Assembly: GCA_000091205.1 (NCBI GenBank)
Contig: AP006491.2
DNA: 64,000 bases
Source of the DNA: Cyanidioschyzon merolae
Taxonomy: Eukaryota
Reading direction: 5' to 3' (one strand)
This document shows positions 11,645 to 20,668 of the stretch, in pieces. Each line of letters opens with the position of its first letter. The first letter of the stretch is position 1. Under the pieces are notes generated by a model that was not told the DNA's origin, ran no database searches, and saw only the letters and a list, made by a program, of their open reading frames with translations. The position numbers and the translations under genes were made by a program.

Positions 11645-12817
11645 CTACCTCGAGAAGCTGATTCCCTCGCTCTCGAGGAACCGCATTAACAGCTGGGTCG
11701 ATACGCTGACGTGCTTTGCTGCCAGCGTTTCCATAATTGCTCGTAACGGCACGCAGTCAAGTAAAAGAATACGCTCGTAGAGTGCAGAATCGGCTTTGAT
11801 TGCATCGCGAATGCTTCGGAAGCGGATGCTGTCTCGGTCGAGAGAAGCAGGCACTGCAGCATCTGGGGCAGTCGATGGCGCCTCGGTCGCACTGCAGTCC
11901 GATATCGGGTTCTCGGTGTGCTCCAGCGAACTTGAATGGAGTGCCGCCTCAGTGCTCGCCTCGTGCCCAGAAAGGTCACTGGCGTCGTCGCAGAGGTCGA
12001 CAACCTCGACGGCGTCTTCAGGGCGTGTCGGGATCGTCTCCGTTGGAGCGGGTAGCGTGGCGCCTCCGGTACCAGTGCGGAGCATGTCCCGCCCGATTTG
12101 AAGCGCACCCGCCAGTTGTGTATAGCCATTTCGATACAGTTCTATATCCTCGCATGAATCACTGGCGCAAACAGTCTCACGCTCACATGACTCCTGTGCA
12201 CTGCATCCGTCGTGGTCGCTCGAGTAACGTGGCATCCGCCGCTTCTTCACGCACGCGAGCCGATCCAGTGCAGGTTCCTCGACAAAGCAAAGCGTTTGCT
12301 TTCGCCGCTTCTCGTTCTGTTTCCCCAGGTTTGCAAGGGAAATACGGTATGCAGGTGTACGTAGTGCTTCCCAGAGCCGTTCGGCGCTTGATCGCGGAAT
12401 CTTCAGAAGCTCCAGGTCCGGCTGTTTGAGCAGGAAGAGCCGCTCGAGCGTCAGCTTCTCGCTGACAAGCAGTTCTGCGTAGCGTGCGACACCGTGTGCA
12501 GCCAGAAAGCGTCTCAGTGGTCCAAAAAGTCGCTCTTTTTGAATGCGTCTTTTCAAAAGCTTTTTCTCTTCCAGGGCACGTAGACGTTCGAGATCTGCGC
12601 GAAAACTGCAGCGATCGACGTGACGCCAGCGCCAGTCGAGCGCCCACGAACCAATCTCACGTCCACAGAACGGACACTTGACCTCCTCGTTACCAGAAAC
12701 TTCCTCGGTTTCGGAAACTGATGCAGGTGCTGTAGTAGGACAACAGGTTTCCAAGTGGTGCAGCTGCTCGTAGAGGCACAGAGAATCCAGCGGTGTCTGG
12801 CACTTGCTACAGTGCAT
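11645..12817 (-). CDS. SLX4-like structure-specific endonuclease scaffold candidate, with N-terminal UBZ-type C2HC zinc fingers and a C-terminal SLX1-binding-like helix-turn-helix
   Basis: Two UBZ4-like fingers (CSKCQTPL..H..C and CPFCGREI...HVDRC), a SAP/SAM-like helical segment, and a C-terminus (LYERILLLDCVPLRAIMETLAAKHVSVSTQLLMRFLESEGISF) that resembles the conserved C-terminal domain of Slx4. An ATG sits at 12815-12817 on the minus strand. The assignment is by motif resemblance only. Confidence 0.45.
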   Translation of the reverse strand: MHCSKCQTPLDSLCLYEQLHHLETCCPTTAPASVSETEEVSGNEEVKCPFCGREIGSWALDWRWRHVDRCSFRADLERLRALEEKKLLKRRIQKERLFGPLRRFLAAHGVARYAELLVSEKLTLERLFLLKQPDLELLKIPRSSAERLWEALRTPAYRISLANLGKQNEKRRKQTLCFVEEPALDRLACVKKRRMPRYSSDHDGCSAQESCERETVCASDSCEDIELYRNGYTQLAGALQIGRDMLRTGTGGATLPAPTETIPTRPEDAVEVVDLCDDASDLSGHEASTEAALHSSSLEHTENPISDCSATEAPSTAPDAAVPASLDRDSIRFRSIRDAIKADSALYERILLLDCVPLRAIMETLAAKHVSVSTQLLMRFLESEGISFSR

Positions 12818-13170
12818 ACATGAAAGGAAACCACACTCGCGCTGGGACGAACACCGGACTTGAATTTTTTTGAACGGCAGCGATTGGCAGCGACTCGGCA
12901 GGCGCCGAACTCGTAGTCGTTGCGGTATCTCCGAAAAGGAAGCAGACAGCGCCCAGATTCTGAACGGAAAACGAGTGACGCCGCTTAGTTTTTCCAGAGC
13001 TCATAATTCACGGGAGTCAGGTTCCATGGACAAGAGGAGTCATCCCCACAAATTGAATGACGGCATCAGGACCCGTTTTTGCGTGCCGAGCACCGTGCCG
13101 TGCAGAGGCGAATGCTCCGCACGCGGTTTTCAGAGCGTCCATGTGCGTGCGGACGACACTCAGCAAGCGA

Positions 13171-13450
13171 GCATGAGCATAATCATAAATATAAATAAGC
13201 TTGAGCACGAGCACGAGCACGAGCATAATTCTAAATATAGACATAAGCACGAGCATGAGCATGAGCATAATCATAAATATAAATAGAAACATAAGCACGA
13301 GCACGAGCATAATTCTAAATATAGACATAAGCATGAGCGTGAGCATGAGCATAATCATAAATATAAATAGAAACATAAGCACGAGCACGAGCACGAGCAA
13401 AAGCATGAGCATAATCATAAATATAAATAAGCTTGAGCACGAGCTTGAGC
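13171..13450. repeat. AT-rich minisatellite of about 3.3 units with an ~84-bp period, built from (AGCAYG)n runs alternating with AATCATAAATATAAATA or AATTCTAAATATAGACATA modules
   Basis: Read directly: the period between 13246, 13330 and 13414 is 84 bp. The block is bounded by AATAAGCTTGAGCACGAGC at both ends. Confidence 0.8.
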
Positions 13451-15222
13451 TTGCACTGAGGCCGCCAACGATTTCGGTTGAACGGCGGCAAGCAGCGTGC
13501 ACTCTCCTACTCTTTCACTGACTTGGCAACGTAACTGACCGATACTGCGCGTCGCGTGGTATGGTGGTGGTCGTGTATTGCGCGGCATGTTCTGTAGCAC
13601 GCAATGGTTGCCCGCCTGCTCGCTCGATGGAGGCGCGCAACAAGTGGAGGCACCGATTCTGCTCGATTCTCGTCGATGCGCTCGGGACGGCATGTGTGCA
13701 CGACGAGCACGAGTACACGCTGGAAAATATAGAGAGGAAGAGTGTGGAACGTTGATGGGCGCACGAGGTCTTGTGCGGGAAGTTTATCGAACGTCAGATG
13801 CCGAGCCAATCGCAGGCGTGATGCTCGCTATGATGCATCTCCATGAGCAAGGAGGCACGCGAGCACCCTCTGCACCACCGAGACGTCAACGCCTCGAAAC
13901 AAGTCTGGAAATGTCTCGCGCTTGGGGACCATCCAACGACTGTGTGCTCGATGGAGCCTCCTGAGGGAGTCACTCTGCGCGCAGTGCGAGATTTGTGGTG
14001 AAACGCTGAGGAGCTCTGATGAACAAGTCCGTGACCTGGAGAAAGGAGTTTTTTGATTCTCGCCTGGAGCAGAGCGGTAGTATTGAACTGTGCAGGAATG
14101 CAGAGAGCTCGGTATACCGCATATTCAAGACCGGAACGGTTCTCCTGGGCAATTGTCGAAAGATAATGGTGGTCTGTTTGTCGATATCACCGAGTATAGC
14201 CTTATACCATTCGTGGACGCTGACTAGATCCATTCCTCACTTACCATAAACAATACCTGCCCAAGTCCAGCAGTATTCCATGCCACCTGCGGCGCGTTGA
14301 ACCACAAGATACGCGGCATTTGGCGTCGTGTCAACAATCGTGCGCCCACAGAGAGCTGATTTCGACCTCTCCAATGTTTCGGAGCGGTGCCGATGCCGGA
14401 GCAGATGACAGCGCTCTCGGCTGCGGTGCTTGTCCACAAGGCATCACCCTGGCACTCTTCCTGGTACGCGTGATCCGAATAGAAGGCTACAAAGGATCAA
14501 ATGCGCTGGCGATGTTCTGCATTGCTTCCTGTCCACCTGCGTTCGATGCAGCGAAAAGTGCAGAAGCGCATCGCGCTGTCACTACGTTCGGTGCATTCGC
14601 CTGTATCCGGACACATGGGCACAAGATTTCGTCTGATGGTGGATATTTCGCAAATATCGATACATGCGTTCATGAGTGGTTTGCGAGCTCACCGCGCACG
14701 CATTCGCTAGCGGACTTTGCGGTGTTCACACGCAAGAAGCGCCCTGAGTGTCAAACATGCACGTACTGAACGCGATCTCAGGGTGCTCTCTAAGCGTACA
14801 CAAATGATCATCTTTGCGATCTTGTGACGGAATTGGGATGTTGACGCGGACGCCTGCCCTCTGGAGGCATCAAAACAGCGGTGCTCGTTTCATACAGGTA
14901 ATGATTGCAACAGAATAGCCCATACACCGTCGTAATTCCCACCTGCGGCTTTCACCGCGTAATAGGTTACAGATTCGAACAGCGAGATCGCCACTGCCTG
15001 GTATCGGTGCGGATTGAATGTTTTCAACAAGAGCGCACTCGCTGTTCGAGCTCCCGCGGAAAATCCTCGATCTGGATTCCGCGAAGTTGACCAAGCGCTT
15101 TGAGCGAATCGGCTGGAGACAAGCTCAAGTGCTCATTGATGAGCCCGTCTGCCTCTCTGTGGCACAAGATAACTGCACCGACAGCGTATCGTTCCGCGTA
15201 GGAGACTCTTTCCACGAAATAG

Positions 15223-17607
15223 ATGGTGCTTATTTCGTTCGTGCTCCACAGGCAGCGAACGACACGTCATGAGAAGAAACTGCAGCTGGATGAACGCCAG
15301 CGCTGCAGTCGGCGCGTATCGACCGCTGTCGTGGCCGGGCGCCGCTGCCTGCCGGCGCTGTGCGGCGCTGACGCGAAGATCGCTTTTCTTTCCGGTACTC
15401 AGGAGCACGACGTGGTGTGTGTTGGGTGGATGGGAGCTTCATGGACGCTCTGGCGGGCGGAATACCTGTCCGATAACCGACTTCACTTTGGATTTGTGCC
15501 TGTTGGCTTCCCTTGCCGTTCCCGGCAGCGATGCGTCGGGAAGAGTCTGCGCCAGTGCGGTGCTTTGCGAACGCGACAGCGGCTGCTGCAGCCGCCACCG
15601 CCGCTCGACTACACCAGCGTTGCTGCGCTGGTTCACTCTGTAAAGCAGCGGACTGTTCCCGGTAGACTGGAAACTGTTCTACAACCGGACGCTCGAACCC
15701 TTTACCTTGGCCTGAGAACGCTCGAGATCCCACGGGTGTGGTTGACACTGTCGTGGCACCCGCAGCTCGCGCGTCTAACTGCGGTTCCGGAGCGCAAGGG
15801 CTCCGGCAACCAGAACGACGCACTACGGTATGGTGTGCCCAAGGCGTTCCAAGCCGAGAGCATGCCGTATTCGGTGTCGAACGTGCTGCGCTCAAGAGAG
15901 TTCCGAGACTTGATTCTCTGCGATTGTCGCGCCCCACTTGCTTTTGAGCGCCTCGTGGAGTTCGACTTGGCACGACGACCTGGAGAAGAGCCCATTTTGC
16001 GCATAATTCTGGAACTTGTTGGAACTAGAAGCAACCTCGTTGTACTTGGTGGCATGGATCGACTGGGCGGTCGCGATTCTGGCGATATCCTCGCGTGCGG
16101 TTACCAGCTGGCTGAGGGCAAGAGTGATCGGCCGTTTCGAGTCGGCGATCGTTACGTGTATCCTGCAACAGTACAGGCGAGTTCATCACGTATGCCATCG
16201 GTTTATCGGGACGAGGAGCCGTGGCGCGAGCGACTTGTGGCGACTGCGAGCGGGGATCTCATCTGGCGGGGCCTCACGCGAGCCTTCGTCGGACTCAGTA
16301 GTGCACTGGCGCAGGATATGGTTTCCAGTGCGCTCGGGTCGGATGCACTCGAGCGTTGCACTGAAGAGCTTGAGGCGTCTGAGTGGCACGCGCTGTTTTC
16401 AAACTGGCTTGCGTGGTTAAGTGCGTTGGAGCGTCACGACTTTGCTCCTCATCGAAAAGTTGGCGGCGCTCTTGCAGAAAAAGCATCGGGCCGCACCTCT
16501 TACTCTATGGTGCGTTGGCCAAATGAGGCTCCGTTTGTTCCCACTGATGCGTCTGATCTCATCGCAGACCTGTTCGATCGCTATGAGGTTTGCGTCTACG
16601 CGGAATCTATGGGGAAACGACTGCGCCGAGAACTCGCCCCAAAGCTGAAGCGGGTGCGCAATGCTCTCGCCCAGTATACGAATCGACTCGCTGAAGCGGA
16701 GCACGCTGACCAGTTGCGGGCACGTGGAGACTTGCTCATGGCGTGGCAGCATCTGTGGCAACCTGGCGAGACCTCCCTGAGACCTCCGTCCGAGGCCGCA
16801 TCGGCGTTCGAGTCATGGAAGGGAGACGGCCTGAACGCGGTGTTGGAGATCGCTCCGGGGCGGACGCCCGTGGAAGAGGCTCAAGCGTGTTACCAGCGCA
16901 GTCGCAAACTGCGTCGGGCGGTGCAGGCGCTCGCTCCACTGGAACAGGCCGCGCGCAGAGAGCTTGAACACCTGGAACATTTAGAGTACATGATTTCCGT
17001 AGCGCTTGACTACGGGCAGGATCCAGACTTGGAGCTGCTTCAAGAAGTTTTCAATGAATTACACCTTGCGCAGGCACCAAAATCCGGCAAGTCTGTACCG
17101 TCCAAGCGTGGCTCGCCGACCCGTCGTGACGCAAAGGCTAAGGGCGCATCGAACGCCCGTCTGCTAGACCGTTGCATCCAGTTGCAAGCTGCAACCGAAG
17201 GTTCGAGAATCCTGTGTGGCAAGAGCCAGCACCAGAATGATTACTTGACATTTCGGGTTGCAACGGAGAGTGATCTGTGGTTCCATGCGCAGGGATGTGC
17301 GGGATCGCATTGTATTCTGCGAATGCCGCCCGGATTTGTAGCCTCCACGGACGATGTGCAGCTCGCCAGCGACGTCGCTGCCTACTTTAGCAAGGCACGA
17401 CTCCAAAAATCCGTGCCGGTCGTTTACACTCAGATCAAGTACGTGCGCAGAGCCGATGCCCCGGGTACTGTGAAATATGCAAATGAACGAGTCATTTTCG
17501 GTGAGCCGGATCGAGCTCGGGCGTTCGTGGAGGAACGCAGCGCCATTGAGTTGAGCTCTGCGAGCTCTTCAGCGTCCAGCGCTGTTGAGTCCGGAGACGA
17601 AACGTGA
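15223..17607 (+). CDS. NFACT-family ribosome quality control protein with bacterial RqcH/FbpA-like architecture (NFACT-N, coiled coil, C-terminal NFACT-R), with a ~125-aa Arg-rich N-terminal extension
   Basis: NFACT-N-like region from LDYTSVAALVHSVKQ...ILELVGTRSNLVVLG, a long coiled-coil middle, and a C-terminal NFACT-R/DUF814 signature (ESDLWFHAQGCAGSHCILR). An ATG at 15223 is immediately preceded by an in-frame TAG. NFACT-R at the very C-terminus is the bacterial or organellar type, not the NEMF type. Confidence 0.7.
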   Translation: MVLISFVLHRQRTTRHEKKLQLDERQRCSRRVSTAVVAGRRCLPALCGADAKIAFLSGTQEHDVVCVGWMGASWTLWRAEYLSDNRLHFGFVPVGFPCRSRQRCVGKSLRQCGALRTRQRLLQPPPPLDYTSVAALVHSVKQRTVPGRLETVLQPDARTLYLGLRTLEIPRVWLTLSWHPQLARLTAVPERKGSGNQNDALRYGVPKAFQAESMPYSVSNVLRSREFRDLILCDCRAPLAFERLVEFDLARRPGEEPILRIILELVGTRSNLVVLGGMDRLGGRDSGDILACGYQLAEGKSDRPFRVGDRYVYPATVQASSSRMPSVYRDEEPWRERLVATASGDLIWRGLTRAFVGLSSALAQDMVSSALGSDALERCTEELEASEWHALFSNWLAWLSALERHDFAPHRKVGGALAEKASGRTSYSMVRWPNEAPFVPTDASDLIADLFDRYEVCVYAESMGKRLRRELAPKLKRVRNALAQYTNRLAEAEHADQLRARGDLLMAWQHLWQPGETSLRPPSEAASAFESWKGDGLNAVLEIAPGRTPVEEAQACYQRSRKLRRAVQALAPLEQAARRELEHLEHLEYMISVALDYGQDPDLELLQEVFNELHLAQAPKSGKSVPSKRGSPTRRDAKAKGASNARLLDRCIQLQAATEGSRILCGKSQHQNDYLTFRVATESDLWFHAQGCAGSHCILRMPPGFVASTDDVQLASDVAAYFSKARLQKSVPVVYTQIKYVRRADAPGTVKYANERVIFGEPDRARAFVEERSAIELSSASSSASSAVESGDET

Positions 17608-18687
17608 CCAGCGTAGCCAGATGCTTATCGTCAGGTCAGGAAAAGTGCATGTCGATGTGTGTCTGTTGAGAACCAGTGACTGGGCGTGGTATCGTGAGCT
17701 CAGCATGACCAACTCTTTCGGCAGATGCTGCACGAGGCGCATCGATACAAAAACTGTTCGGGTCCATCAGAAGCATAAGGAAGCTGACTGGCACTCTCCT
17801 TTTAGTGAATTCGTGGGAGACTGGGTGTCAAATGATCTCTGGGTGACCGTGGGACGTATCAGCGAGAAAGCACGTGACTTTGCCACTGGTTTCTCTGCTT
17901 CCAGCGTTCAACGCGGAACCCGCGAAAGGGTTTTATTTCGGATACCGCCGCATCTAGGCGTCAGCGGCTGCACGGATGTAATAGTCCCCCCGCCAGCGTC
18001 GTGCCCCATGCTTCGCACGCTTTGGCGCTGTGCTGAAATCCACGCTCTGTCGTTGCCCTTGTCGTTTGCGAAAAGCCCATCTATTGGACGAGGCCTGTTC
18101 ATCCTGGCAATGATGTTTCAGGAGCCAATCTTGATGTGCGGGTGCAGGAGCGCGCCGCCACTTCATGAAACGCGCCTGGCATGTCGACTGCGATGCACCG
18201 GCATCAGCGTAGCGAGATCGGCGATAGATATGCACGCTGGGGCACCCAGCGCGACATACCACCGACTGATGCAACACCAGCGCAGAGGTTACGAGTTTAA
18301 CGCAAAGCCCGGCACAGAAGACGTTCACTATGATACTCGGTACAGGGGGGGGGGCGCGTGCCTAAACCAACGAGTTTCCCCTCAGTGGTGCGACGCGCGC
18401 GTCTGGGGTCTCTTCACCGGAAGCGCATTGCCCCGCCTAAACCTGCCGTCCATCGTTCACGCAATGGATCAACCTGCCGTTCACGCATCACTGCCGCGAG
18501 CGCGTGCATCCATGCATGCAATCTGCTGTCCATCTTTTACCCCATCGATCAATATCGCCGTGCACGCATGCGTCGTCGCTTTGCATCACCGGGCGCGCGC
18601 ACGAAGCAGATGCTCCAAATGTGCATCATCTTCGATCGATGCGTGTGCATTGTGCGGACACGTTGCGTAGATCGCGATCGGCAGCGC

Positions 18688-18723
18688 GCGGCTGCGGCTG
18701 CGGCTGCGGCTGCGGCTGCGGCG
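18688..18723. repeat. (GCGGCT)5-6 hexanucleotide microsatellite
   Basis: Read directly. It lies in a GC-rich gene-free interval that also contains a G10 run at 18345-18354. Confidence 0.9.
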
Positions 18724-18898
18724 GCCGTGCGGAGATACGGCGGTATCCAGGCTGGCGCAGCGTGTCTGCGTGTGCGAAACGCGCACCATCCCGAGGCGAA
18801 CTGTCAGACAAACGCGGTGACGTCGACTCAAGGAACCGGGCTGTGAGTATAGCGCTCTTTTGTGCTCTGGTATAGTAGGCGCAGACTTGGCTTAGCGA

Positions 18899-20509
18899 AT
18901 GCGTGAGCGCCTCCCCAGTCCAGGCCGTTCGGGAACGCCTGCGCTGCAGTCTACGCGTGGGCACGATTCGCTGCAGCGGCTGCGCGTTCGGCCGGCGAGT
19001 TTTTCACAAACTAGCAGTGCAGCCGACGTACCAACTAGTCCTTTAGTGCTACCACCACTCGTTGGTGGCATGCAGCAAGGTGTTTCGGATTTTGGAAGAG
19101 CCTCAACTGGTCGGGGCCCTCTGTCTAGTGACGCGCCGCCTCCAAGCAATCGAACCGTCGGAATAGGCGGATCCGAAGGGGTACAGAAAGGCGATGACGA
19201 GGGCCAGGACGGCTTTTTCATAGGTAACAACCTGTTTCTCGCAAAAGGCCTCACAACAGCCGCCGCTTTGGCGGACGAACAACTGACGGGCGCGGCGCCT
19301 AGCCGGCTGGGCCCCAGCGGAAACGGCGAAAATAACCCACTGACGCTGAGACGAACGCTTTCCTGTATAGAGATAGACCCGTTTGGAAAAGCACAAGTAC
19401 GCGTTTACACTCGAGAGGAACTCATTCGAGAGCTGCGTTCAGAGTCCGTTACCGGGAACACTGCGGTCGACGTGGTCGAGCTTGCCTTCATCCGAGGCGA
19501 TGCCCGCGAAGAGTCGCAAATGTCTGGCGCGCTGGATCTGGCGCCGGTGACTGGTGGAAATCGACGCACCAAGTCATCAAAATCGAAGAAGAGGACCAAG
19601 TACGGCCCGATCCAGTCTCGCGATCTACGGTTGTTGGACCCGGCGTTCAGTGTGGAGCCGGCCTTGCATGTACGCGATCACGTCATTCTCGCGGTTTTCG
19701 ATAATCATATCCGAGCTGCAATCCAGTCGCATCGCCTGTTTATTTTTGATCACGAGTCCAAAAGAGCGCGACGGGCTACTGAGTTCGTTGTGCAACGACT
19801 CTCCCGAGTGTCAGCCGAGGAGGCGGTGCCCTTTGAGTTCGTTGCGCTGGAGGCGCTTCTCATGGCCACTTGTGCGGACATAGAATGGATGATGAGAAAC
19901 GTGGAGCCATTAATTGAGCGTGAACTAGGAGTTCTTTCAAGAGATCTGCGACGGAGTAATATCGAACGGCTCCGGGTCGATGAGCGCAGGCTCTCTCTTC
20001 TGCTTTCCCGAGCGCGGAATTTCGAGCACCTGCTCGAGGACATCCTCGACGAGGACGAGGACATGAGCCACATGTACTTGACCGAAATGCGTTACCATCC
20101 GGAAAAGTATCGTCTTCCTACCGATCACGAAGATGTGGAGCTGTTGCTCGAGAACGCGCTGCAGACGGTGCAGAGTCAGGTTCGTCGATTGGAGCTGCTC
20201 GATGCCGGCATCAATAACCTTGAGGAGATTCTGGAAATCAAACTGGATATATCTCAGAATCGCATCTGGTCGTTTAATATTTTCGTGCACCTTTGCGTGG
20301 CGACATTCTTCTTAGCTGCAATACCTGCTGATTTTTTCGGAATGAACTTGCAAATACCGCCTGACAAGGATCCGAATGTATTCTGGCCGTGGTTGCTGGT
20401 TTTTGGATTGAATATGGGCTTGGCGGTGGCCTTCTTTTCGCTTGCCATGCTGTTTCTTAAGCGACGACGATTGCTCTTTGGTCTCTTTAAGCGCCATCCG
20501 AGTGACTAG
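18899..20509 (+). CDS. Mrs2/CorA-family Mg2+ transporter (GMN motif)
   Basis: A C-terminal two-TM region with FFGMNLQIP (the canonical GMN), preceded by DEDMSHMYLTEMR and coiled-coil segments. An ATG at 18899. A low-complexity N-terminus could act as a presequence. Confidence 0.8.
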   Translation: MRERLPSPGRSGTPALQSTRGHDSLQRLRVRPASFSQTSSAADVPTSPLVLPPLVGGMQQGVSDFGRASTGRGPLSSDAPPPSNRTVGIGGSEGVQKGDDEGQDGFFIGNNLFLAKGLTTAAALADEQLTGAAPSRLGPSGNGENNPLTLRRTLSCIEIDPFGKAQVRVYTREELIRELRSESVTGNTAVDVVELAFIRGDAREESQMSGALDLAPVTGGNRRTKSSKSKKRTKYGPIQSRDLRLLDPAFSVEPALHVRDHVILAVFDNHIRAAIQSHRLFIFDHESKRARRATEFVVQRLSRVSAEEAVPFEFVALEALLMATCADIEWMMRNVEPLIERELGVLSRDLRRSNIERLRVDERRLSLLLSRARNFEHLLEDILDEDEDMSHMYLTEMRYHPEKYRLPTDHEDVELLLENALQTVQSQVRRLELLDAGINNLEEILEIKLDISQNRIWSFNIFVHLCVATFFLAAIPADFFGMNLQIPPDKDPNVFWPWLLVFGLNMGLAVAFFSLAMLFLKRRRLLFGLFKRHPSD

Positions 20510-20668
20510 GGTACTGGCACGAGACATGCGCCAGCACCAGACCTCTGCGGGACAACGCGTGGTACCGCAAGACGCGCGACCGTTGCCGTGCTCGGGCGCT
20601 CTCGTCGACGTTAATCGGCGGATTCGTGGTGATGCTTCCCGAAGGACGCAGTTGATCTCGCTGAAACT

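Noticed and set aside
13171-13450. Possible CRISPR-like array, considered because of its regular repeat spacing
   Set aside because: This is a eukaryotic nuclear context. The units are degenerate AT-rich minisatellite modules without unique spacers, and there are no cas genes.
14236-14246. Minus-strand GGTAAGTGA compared with the GTAAGTAAA elements as another family member
   Set aside because: Downstream sequence shows no similarity to the family core. It is kept only as a possible ordinary 5' splice site of an unannotated gene.
17195-17215. GGTTCGAGAATCC, a tRNA B-box-like sequence
   Set aside because: It lies inside the RqcH-like coding sequence, has no upstream A box or cloverleaf complementarity, and I found no other tRNA-like signatures in the window.
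17585-18670. 361-aa ORF directly after the RqcH-like gene
   Set aside because: Low-complexity Arg/Cys/His-rich translation and no domain-like segments. The track start is not a convincing ATG context, so I treat it as intergenic.
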